This document shows positions 44,064 to 53,460 of a stretch of 64,000 nt of DNA, in pieces. The notes under the pieces are model-generated. The model had not been told where the DNA came from and searched no databases. It was given only the letters and a program-made list of their open reading frames with translations. The position numbers and the translations under genes were made by a program. Each line of letters opens with the position of its first letter. Within the stretch, counting starts at the first letter, position 1. Origin of the DNA: Nitrospira japonica (lineage in GTDB: Bacteria > Nitrospirota > Thermodesulfovibrionia > Thermodesulfovibrionales > SM23-35); the NCBI GenBank assembly GCA_020725385.1, contig DYFC01000034.1, positions 8,339 through 72,338 of the forward strand. Reading direction: 5' to 3'.

Positions 44064-45487
44064 ATTTCCCCCTTCCTGATCTTAATCCTGTAATGCCTGA
44101 AATACTGATGACTGCATTTGCATTAATTGTGCTTTTACTTGATTTGATTGTGAAAAAGAAAGAAGCTGTAGCTGTAATTAGCATTGCAGGCACAGCAATA
44201 GTATCACTAAGTCTTCTAAATACATCAGGCTCTACATTCGGGGGAATGTATATAGCTGACGGATATAGCACATTCTTTAAAATCATATTCTTTATAAATG
44301 TCATATTAACGATATTGATTTCAATTAAATATATTGCTGTAGAAAGAGTTAATTATGGTGAATATTATAGTTTAATACTTTTTTCGACAGTTGGTATGAT
44401 GATAATGGCCTCAGCTTCTGACCTGATAACGCTTTACTTAGGTCTTGAATTAATGGCATTAAGCACTTATGTATTAGCCGGATTTATAAGACATAATCTT
44501 AAATCGACTGAATCTGCACTTAAATATTTTCTTCTGGGAGCTTTTTCATCAGGATTCTTGCTCTATGGTATTTCTATTGTATATGGACTTACAGGTACAA
44601 CGGATATAAAGGCAATAGCAACATTCATAACAGAAAGAGGATTAAGCGGAAATTTATCGCTTCTTCTTGCGATTGGAATGCTTACTGTTGCGTTTGGATT
44701 TAAGATTGCTGCGGCTCCATTTCATATGTGGGCTCCCGATGTATATGAAGGAGCTCCAACTTCAATAACAGCATTCATGTCAGTTGGCCCAAAAGCAGCT
44801 GGTTTTGCTGTTATTGGAAGAGTTTTTATGATAGCTTTTGCAGCTGTAAAAGCAGACTGGGCAACTATCTTGATCCCGATATCAATTCTTACAATGGCAG
44901 TTGGTAACATTGTAGCATTATCACAGACGAACATAAAGAGAATGCTCGCATATTCTTCTATAGCCCATGCTGGATATGCATTGCTTGGTATAATTACAGC
45001 CAACTCAGAGGGTATATCAAGCATGATGAATTATCTCTTTATCTATGCTTTCATGAATATCGGAGCATTTGCAGTTATCATAATGCTTAGAAGCGAAGGC
45101 ATAAAAGGTGAAGATTTAAGCGACTATGAAGGGCTTTCAAAAACACATCCTATGGCAGCGGCTTTAATGCTGATTTTTATGTTTTCATTGACCGGAATCC
45201 CACCAACAGCAGGTTTTATTGGTAAATTATATATTTTCATGGCTGCAATTAATGCAGGATATACATGGCTTGTTATTATAGCTGTCATATTTAGCGCTAT
45301 TTCAGCATACTTTTATTTACGAGTTGTAATGTATATGTATATGAGGGATCCAAAAACTGAACTACCTTTAACTACATCCTTTACAAATGGATTAGCCCTT
45401 GCAGTTACAACAGCAGCAGTATTGATCATAGGTGTTTTCCCGACAATGCTTGTGGAATTTGCCCGTGCTGCATTGAAGAGTTTTTAG
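44060..45487 (+). CDS. nuoN: NADH-quinone oxidoreductase subunit N
   Basis: LGLELMALSTY, KIAAAPFHMWAPDVYEGAPT motifs. Four-nt overlap with nuoM. Confidence 0.9.
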   Translation: MNFPLPDLNPVMPEILMTAFALIVLLLDLIVKKKEAVAVISIAGTAIVSLSLLNTSGSTFGGMYIADGYSTFFKIIFFINVILTILISIKYIAVERVNYGEYYSLILFSTVGMMIMASASDLITLYLGLELMALSTYVLAGFIRHNLKSTESALKYFLLGAFSSGFLLYGISIVYGLTGTTDIKAIATFITERGLSGNLSLLLAIGMLTVAFGFKIAAAPFHMWAPDVYEGAPTSITAFMSVGPKAAGFAVIGRVFMIAFAAVKADWATILIPISILTMAVGNIVALSQTNIKRMLAYSSIAHAGYALLGIITANSEGISSMMNYLFIYAFMNIGAFAVIIMLRSEGIKGEDLSDYEGLSKTHPMAAALMLIFMFSLTGIPPTAGFIGKLYIFMAAINAGYTWLVIIAVIFSAISAYFYLRVVMYMYMRDPKTELPLTTSFTNGLALAVTTAAVLIIGVFPTMLVEFARAALKSF

Positions 45488-45540
45488 AACTTCTGAGATT
45501 TTCCACAAAATAAAAATAACAAGAGTAAATTCTTTCCGAT

Positions 45541-46365
45541 ATGAAAATCCATGATGACATTTTTTGTTTATCAAATAATGACTGTTATATAACTGATCCA
45601 AAAAGGAAACGTTCATTTCTTTCAAAATTATTTCTGTCCGGCAAATTATCATTTTATCCACAAATATTATCATGTATCTTAACTAATGGTATTAAAGCAG
45701 CTTTTAGTCATTACAGTAATGAAGACTGGGTAAAAGCAAGTTACTGGATTCTTAAAATACTTGAAAATGTTGGAATTATTGTTAATATAAGCGGCCTGAA
45801 AAATATTTCGAGTTTTGACGGGCCTTGTGTTTTTATAGGGAATCATATGAGTGTTCTTGAAACATTTGTGTTACCATGCATTATACAGCCCATTAAGCCA
45901 GTTACATTTGTAGTAAAAAAAGAGCTTCTTCATGTGCCTGTTTTTAAACATGTAATGCGGTCACGTGACCCGATTGCAGTTGGAAGAGTTAATCCGCGTG
46001 AGGATTTCAGAACAGTGATGGAAGAAGGAGTAAAAAAAATCAAGAATGGTATATCGATCATAATTTTTCCACAAAGCACACGCTCGGTTGAATTCAAACC
46101 CGTGGAATTCAATTCTCTCGGGGTAAAGCTTGCATTAAGAGCTAATGTGCCTGTAATTCCATTAGCTTTAAAAACAGATGCATGGGGTATTGGCAAAATT
46201 ATAAAAGATTTCGGGAAAATAAATACTAATAAAAAGGTATGGTTTAGATTCGGTGAACCTATGAGAGTTCAGGGTAGGGGTGCAGAAGAACATGAGAAAA
46301 TAATCAAATTTATACAGGATTGCCTTGCGGAATGGAATAAGGAAGAAAAAGCACCTGTAACATAA
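45541..46365 (+). CDS. lysophospholipid (PlsC-family) acyltransferase-like protein
   Basis: Block I NHMSVLE (HX4E rather than HX4D) and block III FPQSTRS (similar to FPEGTRS), with PVIPLAL. Family assignment made by eye. Confidence 0.65.
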   Translation: MKIHDDIFCLSNNDCYITDPKRKRSFLSKLFLSGKLSFYPQILSCILTNGIKAAFSHYSNEDWVKASYWILKILENVGIIVNISGLKNISSFDGPCVFIGNHMSVLETFVLPCIIQPIKPVTFVVKKELLHVPVFKHVMRSRDPIAVGRVNPREDFRTVMEEGVKKIKNGISIIIFPQSTRSVEFKPVEFNSLGVKLALRANVPVIPLALKTDAWGIGKIIKDFGKINTNKKVWFRFGEPMRVQGRGAEEHEKIIKFIQDCLAEWNKEEKAPVT

Positions 46366-46385
46366 CAATCATGTTCTTCATCAGG

Positions 46386-46937
46386 TCATTTGATTCTTGC
46401 AGCTATTGTTTTAAATTCTTGCGTTCCTGCGATTTTTAGCAACTGGAAAAGCACTGTTTCGGTGCAAGTGATTACAGCTCCGGCATCTCTCATAAATTCA
46501 ATACCTGTTTTCCAGTTATCTTTCGACCTTGAGCAGATTGCATCTTTAACAATATGAACATTATATCCTTCGGATATAAGCCCGATGCATGTTTGAAGAA
46601 GACATACATGTGTTTCCATGCCGGAAAGAATTAGCGTCTTTTTATTTATCTTTTTGATTTCGTCAAGAAAAGAAGGTTCATCGCAACAACTAAAAGTTAG
46701 CTTCTCAATAGGTTTATATTCAGGCAGGGCATTTTTAATTTCTTCAACAGTTGGACCGAGACCCTTCGGATATTGTTCGGTTAATATTATGGGTATGTTT
46801 AATAAACGGGATAATTCAATAAGATGCAAACAATTATTTATGACTTTGTCTTTTTCTTTCATAACAGCAGCAAGTCTTTCCTGAATATCAATAATTACAA
46901 GAGCTACATTGTCCCTATCAAGATAAAACTTTTTCAT
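46386..46937 (-). CDS. isochorismatase-family cysteine hydrolase
   Basis: ALVIIDIQERL N-terminus and the catalytic Cys context LSGMETHVCLLQT. Confidence 0.8.
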   Translation of the reverse strand: MKKFYLDRDNVALVIIDIQERLAAVMKEKDKVINNCLHLIELSRLLNIPIILTEQYPKGLGPTVEEIKNALPEYKPIEKLTFSCCDEPSFLDEIKKINKKTLILSGMETHVCLLQTCIGLISEGYNVHIVKDAICSRSKDNWKTGIEFMRDAGAVITCTETVLFQLLKIAGTQEFKTIAARIK

Positions 46938-47105
46938 AAAAACACCTCTAATTTATTAGAATAAAATTTATTATACTAATTTATTTGTGTCAAAGTATAA
47001 AATAATTTTTTGTAATATCTTCAGTATCTCCATACAAATAATGCAGACATTGCTCAAAAATTTATGGTTCTTCTCCAAAAAAGTTGCTGAATAAATAGAC
47101 AAACT

Positions 47106-47242
47106 GTCATTCTACGACTTGCCTGCCCACCGATTTTGTGGTGGGATTGAGAATCCAGTTTGAATAGTCTCTGGATTCTCGGGTCAAGTCCGAGAATGAC
47201 AAGTAATCAAAGGTCATTCCCCGACTCGATCGGGGAATCCAG
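47106..47242. repeat. repeat cluster G: three hairpin units (one with a nested cccacc..ggtggg hairpin, one inverted)
   Basis: Units at 47106-47158, 47171-47200 (inverted) and 47213-47242 (gtcattccccgactcgatcggggaatccag). Confidence 0.85.
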
Positions 47243-47298
47243 AAAAATATGAAAAATTATTATGTTTATATCCTTATTTCAGGGTAAAATATTTAATC

Positions 47299-48030
47299 AT
47301 GAATTTTTGGAAGGACAATATACATTTTATTCTTATTGAACCCCGGGAACCCGGAAATATAGGCGCTGCTGCAAGAGCTATGAAAAATATGGGATTCAGC
47401 AAACTTGAACTTGTAAATCCTGTGCCTTTTCATACTAAAGAAGCAAAGTGGATGTCATGCCAGGCTTATGACATGGTAAAAAGAGCTAAAGTTTATCAAA
47501 CATTTGAAGAGGCAATTAATGGTAAAAGTTTAATTATCGGAACTACAAGAAGAATTGGAAAAAGGAGAGGAATAATCCTACCTCTTAAAGATAGTGTAAA
47601 AAGAATCGTTGTTGCTGCGAAAAAGAATAAAATAGCAATACTGTTTGGAAGGGAGAAAAACGGTCTTTTAAATAGAGAAGTTGAATCATGTGGTTTTATG
47701 ATAACGATTCCATCATCACCCGAAGCAGCATCACTGAATCTATCACAAACTGTTATGCTTGTAGCATATGAACTTGCCCAAAAAACGTATAAAGTGGAAA
47801 CGCCTGAATTTGTTAAACATGAAAGGCTTAATACTCTATATGAAAGAATTGAATATCTGTTAAAACTTCTCGATTATATTCCCAGAGGTGACAGACAGAT
47901 TGAAAAAAAGATAATGAAAAACCTCAAACATTTCATTGGAAGGGCAGGATTAACAGAATGGGAATTAAATATGCTACAGGGGCTATGTACACAAATAGAG
48001 GAGAAAATAAATTTTTATCAACATCTTTGA
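47299..48030 (+). CDS. SpoU/TrmH-family RNA 2'-O-methyltransferase (TrmJ-like)
   Basis: ILIEPREPGNIGAAARAMKNMG, FGREKNGL, IPSSPEAASLNLSQTV SPOUT motifs, plus the C-terminal extension typical of TrmJ. Confidence 0.75.
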   Translation: MNFWKDNIHFILIEPREPGNIGAAARAMKNMGFSKLELVNPVPFHTKEAKWMSCQAYDMVKRAKVYQTFEEAINGKSLIIGTTRRIGKRRGIILPLKDSVKRIVVAAKKNKIAILFGREKNGLLNREVESCGFMITIPSSPEAASLNLSQTVMLVAYELAQKTYKVETPEFVKHERLNTLYERIEYLLKLLDYIPRGDRQIEKKIMKNLKHFIGRAGLTEWELNMLQGLCTQIEEKINFYQHL

Positions 48031-48050
48031 TTTTTTAACCCCATTTTTAT

Positions 48051-48509
48051 TTAAAAATAATCATCCCATTTGAATATTAAAGGTTCGGCATCTTTTTTTA
48101 GTATTTTTGCATCTGTTACTGTGCCGGTAAAGATTGAATGGTCTCCGGCTTTGAAATCATCGATCAGTTTGCATTCAAAGTATGCAACTGCATCCATTAA
48201 AACCGGTGAGCCATTTGAAGCATCAAAATAAGGAATATTCTGAAATTTATCATGCTTTCTTCCACTTTTAAAGCCAAATAGCTTTGCAATCTCTATTTGA
48301 TTTTTTGAAAGAGTATTAACGGCAAAATAGCCTGATTCTTTAATAAGACCGTGTGTAAATCTTGCCGGAGCAATTGCAACCATAAGCATTGTTGGCTTCA
48401 AGGATACCTGTGATACCCATGCTGCTGTCATTCCATTTATTTTTTCTTTTGTTCTTGTAGTTATTATATATACCCCATGAACTATTGCTTTTGAGACAAT
48501 ATCCTGCAT
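48051..48509 (-). CDS. flavin reductase-like FMN-binding domain protein
   Basis: NGMTAAWVSQVSLKPTMLMVAI and DHSIFTGTV patterns of the flavin reductase family. Confidence 0.75.
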   Translation of the reverse strand: MQDIVSKAIVHGVYIITTRTKEKINGMTAAWVSQVSLKPTMLMVAIAPARFTHGLIKESGYFAVNTLSKNQIEIAKLFGFKSGRKHDKFQNIPYFDASNGSPVLMDAVAYFECKLIDDFKAGDHSIFTGTVTDAKILKKDAEPLIFKWDDYF

Positions 48510-48524
48510 TTTTAACCTCCTGAT

Positions 48525-49076
48525 TTAGTTATTAGTGTGTAAAGTTTTAATCAATCTGCCTGTGTCATAATTTTGTTGTTTTAATTTTTCAATTATATTC
48601 ATATAGAGTTCTTCATCCATTGAAGGCCTGCGGCTTAATATCCAGAGATATTTTCTATCAGGGTGACCGACTACAGCATATTCATAATCTTTACCGAGAT
48701 CAATAATCCAATAATGACCCGAGAAAGGCCAGAAAAATGTTACCTTTAACTTTGAATTAGTTTTGTTATCAACAATTCGCGCAACACCATGAGCTGTTTT
48801 GAATTTTCCATCTGGAGAACCTATTTGACATTTGTTCAACACGTCAATTTTACCATCTCCGCGAATTGTATAGGTGGCAGAAGTATTTATACATCCTTCC
48901 TGGAAACGATGAGGGAAACGGGCAATCTCATACCATGTGCCTGTATATTTTGTTAAGTCAACATAGGGAACAGTTTGAAGTGGGACTTCTGATTTCTTAA
49001 GGTTCGAAGTGCAGGAAGTTGAATATAAAAGAACAAATGATAAGATTAAAGATATTTTGAATCTAAGATATATCAT
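48525..49076 (-). CDS. blc: bacterial lipocalin (Blc-like outer membrane lipoprotein)
   Basis: Lipobox-like YSTSC and lipocalin motifs YTGTWYEIARFP, YWIIDLGKDYEYAVVG, LWILSR. Confidence 0.8.
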   Translation of the reverse strand: MIYLRFKISLILSFVLLYSTSCTSNLKKSEVPLQTVPYVDLTKYTGTWYEIARFPHRFQEGCINTSATYTIRGDGKIDVLNKCQIGSPDGKFKTAHGVARIVDNKTNSKLKVTFFWPFSGHYWIIDLGKDYEYAVVGHPDRKYLWILSRRPSMDEELYMNIIEKLKQQNYDTGRLIKTLHTNN

Positions 49077-49235
49077 TTTTTGCCTTTTTATAATTTTCCC
49101 ACAATAACTGCATTATTTCAACAAATTTTTTTAATATCGTATCAGTAGAAAAATGTTCTTCTCTAAAAGAAATATTTAATATGATAATAAATAAGTTATA
49201 ATTCATTAATGTATCAATTAGGATAATATATTCGT

Positions 49236-49442
49236 ATGAAGTATTTTTTTATAGAATCTACTTTAAGATATAGTGATGAAAAAGGTTTTGGTGAAGCATA
49301 TTATATTCTTTGTCCTGTTTGCTGGAATTCGAGCATAATGTATATTAAATGGGAGGATGGGACAGAGGAAACAAGTGAATGTAGAGTGTGTGAAAGAATG
49401 CTCAGGATATTAAACAATGAAGATGATTATTCTAATACCTGA
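49236..49442 (+). CDS. hypothetical small protein with CxxC...CxxC zinc-ribbon-like pattern
   Basis: ORF-track ORF with CPVCW and CRVCE pairs. No clear RBS or family was recognised. Confidence 0.35.
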   Translation: MKYFFIESTLRYSDEKGFGEAYYILCPVCWNSSIMYIKWEDGTEETSECRVCERMLRILNNEDDYSNT

Positions 49443-49463
49443 TACGAAAAATCTTATTAACCT

Positions 49464-50387
49464 ATGAATCAAGAATTTATTGTAACATCCTCTGAAGCCG
49501 GGCAAAGGATAGATGTCTTTCTCTCTTTAAAGACAGGCATTACCCGTTCACAGATACAAAAAGCTATCGATAGAGGCGATGTGTTTGTTAGTGGAAAAAT
49601 TATTGAGAATAAATACAGGATACGACAGGGTGATGTTATTCTGATTAATTTAAAAGAGAAGAAAGACGAAGGACTTATTCCTCAGAATATACCAATCGAA
49701 ATTCTTTTTAAAGATGAATATGTCATTGTAGTAAACAAGCCAGCAGGTATTGTTGTCTATCCAGCAGCAGGGCATGAGGATGGAACATTGATGAATGCAA
49801 TTACGTATCATTGCGGCACAATTGTAGCGCCAGGTGCTCCATTGAGACCGGGTGTAGTACATAGACTTGATAAGGATACTTCAGGCGTTATGGTAATCGC
49901 TTTGAACGATATTTCCTATTACAATCTAATTGAACAATTTCGCAAAAGAACAATTAACAGAAAGTATATAGCTTTGGTTTATGGGATAATGAATGAAGAC
50001 AGTGGAGAAATAATCAGGAAGATAGGCCGTTCAGAGTCTGATCGAAAAAAAATGTCCACCCATGTTAAAAAAGGTAAAGAAGCATTAACACGATGGAGGG
50101 TTATCAAAAAATTACCGTTTGCTACAATAATAGAAGCAAAACTCGGAACCGGAAGAACACACCAGATAAGGGTACATTTTGCATCTATAGGCCATCCTGT
50201 ACTTGGAGATAGGGTTTATGGGAAAAAATGTGAGATTCAACTGAAGACAGGCAAGAAGATAGTTTTCCCGAGACAGATGCTTCATGCAGAGATGCTTGGT
50301 TTTATTCATCCCGCAACCAATGAATATCTTGAATTTTCAAGTCCTTTACCCGATGATATGGAAAAAACAATTAGAGAAATGGAATAA
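49464..50387 (+). CDS. rluD: RluA-family 23S rRNA pseudouridine synthase (RluD-like)
   Basis: N-terminal S4 domain, catalytic HRLDKDTSGVMV, GRTHQIRVH motif. Confidence 0.85.
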   Translation: MNQEFIVTSSEAGQRIDVFLSLKTGITRSQIQKAIDRGDVFVSGKIIENKYRIRQGDVILINLKEKKDEGLIPQNIPIEILFKDEYVIVVNKPAGIVVYPAAGHEDGTLMNAITYHCGTIVAPGAPLRPGVVHRLDKDTSGVMVIALNDISYYNLIEQFRKRTINRKYIALVYGIMNEDSGEIIRKIGRSESDRKKMSTHVKKGKEALTRWRVIKKLPFATIIEAKLGTGRTHQIRVHFASIGHPVLGDRVYGKKCEIQLKTGKKIVFPRQMLHAEMLGFIHPATNEYLEFSSPLPDDMEKTIREME

Positions 50388-50415
50388 AATAAATTCCAGG
50401 AAAATAATCTGCATG

Positions 50416-50727
50416 TCAAAAAGTAATAATTTTATCTGCTTCTTTTACTGATTCATAAAGGTCATTCATATAGCCTATTGGACACATTTTTGAGCTCACA
50501 AGTCCGTGAGCTTTCATACAAACTCCTCAGACAAACATGTTGCCTTTAAATTTATCTATTTGTTCTTTTACATTGAATTTTTCATCATTAATTTGCTCAA
50601 ATAAAACTGCTTTCCCGAGCATAAAAACATTTACTTCATCACCCTTTTCTACAGCTATATTTGCTAATCTCATAGCATTATAGATTTTTTCTGCATCATC
50701 GGTACTTAAAATAAATAGGATATTCAT
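50416..50727 (-). CDS. DsrE/DsrF-like protein with in-frame UGA (50527-50529) at a UxxC position; probable selenoprotein, 103 aa
   Basis: The track ORF (66 aa) ends at a TGA. Reading through gives ...KGNMFV-U-GVCMKAHGLVSSKMCPIGYMNDLYESVKEADKIITF, restoring the C-terminal third of the DsrE fold with U aligned to the first Cys of CGxC. A strong hairpin follows the UGA. Confidence 0.8.
50493..50512 (-). promoter_or_regulatory. SECIS-like hairpin downstream of the DsrE-like UGA
   Basis: On the minus strand, AGCUCAC-GGACUU-GUGAGCU forms a perfect 7-bp stem starting 14 nt after the UGA. The 6-nt loop begins GG. Confidence 0.7.
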
Positions 50728-50748
50728 TTTATATCCCCCTAAATTTTA

Positions 50749-51831
50749 TTAATCTCCAAAACTAATACCCATTGATCTTGCTGTAAGAACTATATCAGAG
50801 TCCAGAGGCACTGATTTCATCTGTCCAATTGCTTCTTCAATAGGAACTGCGATTATTTCGGTAGAACGTACAGCAGCCATCATACCAAATTTACCTGCTT
50901 CAACAAGACGAACAGCAGCTGTGCCAAATCTTAAAGAAAGTAATCTATCGAAAGTCGTAGGCGCGCCTCCTCTTTGTAAATGACCGAGAACTATATCCCT
51001 TGTTTCTTTGCCGGTTTTTTTCCCGATTTCTTCTCTTACTTTTCTTCCTATACCACCTAATCTTACTTCAGAACCTCCTGGCTGTTTGCCTTCAGCAATT
51101 GTAATTTCTCCTCCAACAGGTTTGGCTCCTTCAGCAACAACGACAATTGCATAATCTCTTCCCATCAAAGCAAGCTGTCTGATTTTGTTGCAAACTTTAT
51201 CAATATCAAAAGGTATTTCAGGAATTAGAATAACATCCGCAGAACCCGAGATTCCTGAATGAAGGGCTATCCAGCCAACATAACGACCCATTACTTCAAC
51301 AACCATAACTCTGTCGTGAGATCGTGCTGTAGTGTGAAGACGATCAATTGCTTCAGTAGCAATGTTAACAGCAGTATCAAAACCAAAAGTTGCGTCAGTA
51401 CAGCTAATATCATTATCAATTGTTTTAGGAACACCAATAATTGGCATTCCTTTTTTTAGAAATTTATTTGCAATTCTGAGGCTTCCGTCACCTCCGATAG
51501 CGATTAATGCGTCAAACCCGAGCGCCTTGAAATTTGAGACAATAATATCCGAAATGTCTGTTTCAACAACACTTCCATCAGGCTGGTTTACTGCATATTT
51601 AAACGGGTCGCCTTTGATTGCTGTGCCAAGAATTGTTCCTCCAATATCTGTAATATCCCAAACTGATTCCGGTGTAAGACGAACAATCTGCTTTGTGTCA
51701 ATCAGTCCTCTATATCCATATTTAATGCCATAAACTTCCCAGCCTTTCTGGTGAGCTGCAAGAACAATGCCTCTTATTACGGCATTAAGTCCGGGTGCAT
51801 CCCCCCCGCCAGTATTAACAGCTATTTTCAT
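50749..51831 (-). CDS. pfkA: 6-phosphofructokinase (GGDGS motif suggests ATP-dependent type)
   Basis: TGGGDAPGLNAVIRG, IGGDGS, PKTIDNDI, MGR and HLQRGG motifs. Confidence 0.85.
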   Translation of the reverse strand: MKIAVNTGGGDAPGLNAVIRGIVLAAHQKGWEVYGIKYGYRGLIDTKQIVRLTPESVWDITDIGGTILGTAIKGDPFKYAVNQPDGSVVETDISDIIVSNFKALGFDALIAIGGDGSLRIANKFLKKGMPIIGVPKTIDNDISCTDATFGFDTAVNIATEAIDRLHTTARSHDRVMVVEVMGRYVGWIALHSGISGSADVILIPEIPFDIDKVCNKIRQLALMGRDYAIVVVAEGAKPVGGEITIAEGKQPGGSEVRLGGIGRKVREEIGKKTGKETRDIVLGHLQRGGAPTTFDRLLSLRFGTAAVRLVEAGKFGMMAAVRSTEIIAVPIEEAIGQMKSVPLDSDIVLTARSMGISFGD

Positions 51832-52343
51832 TTTATAACCTCCACTGCATCTTTTTTAGAGACCCTCGGAGGAGGGCTTGGAATTTTTGATGGATAACCA
51901 ACAGGTACAATTGCAACGGGTCTTAAATAATCCGGCATCTTCAATATCTTATGTACATCATTTTCATTGAAAGCACCAACCCAGCATGTGCCAAGACTGT
52001 TTTCATGAGCAACAAGCATCATGCCCATTATGCTTAATGCAACATCCTGAATTGAATAAAGATATACACCCCTTTCCCTGTATTTATATGATATACGGCT
52101 GTCTGTACATCCAATGATTACCAGTGGTGCTTCTGCGATAAAATTCTGGTTTAAAGCAGCAATAGCAATTTTTTTCTTTATATCACCATTCATAACAAAA
52201 TAGAATTTTCTCGCCTGTAAATTTCCAGCACTTGGAGCCCAGATTAAAGCTTCTGCAAGTTTGTCAAGCAAAAAATCGGGGATTTCCTTTTTTTGAAAAT
52301 CCCTTATGCTTCTTCTTTCTTTAACAGCTTTTAAAATATCCAT
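51828..52343 (-). CDS. nitroreductase family protein
   Basis: RRSIRDF N-terminal motif and PSAGNLQ typical of the family. Four-nt overlap with pfkA. Confidence 0.8.
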   Translation of the reverse strand: MDILKAVKERRSIRDFQKKEIPDFLLDKLAEALIWAPSAGNLQARKFYFVMNGDIKKKIAIAALNQNFIAEAPLVIIGCTDSRISYKYRERGVYLYSIQDVALSIMGMMLVAHENSLGTCWVGAFNENDVHKILKMPDYLRPVAIVPVGYPSKIPSPPPRVSKKDAVEVIK

Positions 52344-52350
52344 TTTTTAA

Positions 52351-53460
52351 TTACGGTTTCCAGAATTCCTCAAATTTTCCGTTTTTAGTAATCCATACAA
52401 CGTACGGAGAAACAGTTACATCTCCTTTTGAGTCAAATTTTATTTTTCCGAGAGCAACATTAAATTCCATTGAATGTAGTTTTTCGGAAATTGCTGCTCC
52501 ATCTGTTGAATTTGCAGCATTTATTGCTGTTAATAAAATATTTGCTGCATCATAGGCATAAATTGAATATGGTCCTATTTCGCCAAATTTTGATTGGTAA
52601 TTTTTTATGAAATCTTTTGCAGACGGAATATTTTTTGGATCAGGACTAAAAGTAAGATAAGTACCTTCGGCAGCAGATGCGCCTGCAATTTCTATGAATT
52701 TCGGGTCAATTGTTCCATCACCGCTTAGAAACGGCACATTCAAACCCAGTTCTCTTGATTGTTTCACAAGAAGACCTGCTTCAGGATATATTCCTCCAAA
52801 AAAAACAATTTCAGGTTTCTTTGATTTTACAGTGGTTAATACCATTTTGAAATCTTTATCACCTTGAACTATTCCACCATAATATACGACCTTAGCTTTA
52901 TCACCAATGTGTTTTTTGAATTCGTCAGCCAGTCCCTGTCCATATGTAGTTTTATCGTGTAAAATTGCTACATTCTTTAATTTAAGCTGTTCGGTGACAA
53001 AAACAGCTCCTACTTTACCCTGCTGGTCATCTCTACCGCATACCCTGAAAACATTTTTATATCCTTTGTCCGTGAGTTGTGGATTTGTAGAACCCGGTGT
53101 AATCATAGGGATTCCACTTCTATTGTAAACATCGGATGCAGGGATAGAACAACTTGAATTAAAATGTCCGACAACTCCGACCACACCATCATTTATCATC
53201 TTATTTGCTATTGAAACAGCTTGTTTAGGGTCATGCTGATCATCTCCTACTATAAGTTCAATCTTTTTGCCCAATACCCCGCCTTTTTGATTCCATTCTT
53301 CAACCGCAAGTGTAGCTCCGTTTTTAAAATCCATTCCCATTTTTGCCTGATCACCTGTCATCGGTCCTGCAATTCCAATTTTAATAGTATCTTGTTGCTT
53401 CGATTGACATCCGGTGGATATGAAGAATGCAAAAAAAATTAAAATAAAAAATTTTTTCAT
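52351..53460 (-). CDS. branched-chain amino acid ABC transporter substrate-binding lipoprotein (LivJ/K-like), orphan (no permease genes adjacent)
   Basis: Lipobox ISTGCQS. IKIGIAGPMTGDQA, GHFNSS, LSGDG patterns of periplasmic binding protein type I. Confidence 0.8.
   Translation of the reverse strand: MKKFFILIFFAFFISTGCQSKQQDTIKIGIAGPMTGDQAKMGMDFKNGATLAVEEWNQKGGVLGKKIELIVGDDQHDPKQAVSIANKMINDGVVGVVGHFNSSCSIPASDVYNRSGIPMITPGSTNPQLTDKGYKNVFRVCGRDDQQGKVGAVFVTEQLKLKNVAILHDKTTYGQGLADEFKKHIGDKAKVVYYGGIVQGDKDFKMVLTTVKSKKPEIVFFGGIYPEAGLLVKQSRELGLNVPFLSGDGTIDPKFIEIAGASAAEGTYLTFSPDPKNIPSAKDFIKNYQSKFGEIGPYSIYAYDAANILLTAINAANSTDGAAISEKLHSMEFNVALGKIKFDSKGDVTVSPYVVWITKNGKFEEFWKP

Noticed and set aside
50527-50727. 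The 66-aa ORF taken as a complete small protein.
   Set aside because: It ends in the middle of the DsrE fold. The downstream in-frame sequence continues the family pattern, and a SECIS-like hairpin follows the TGA.
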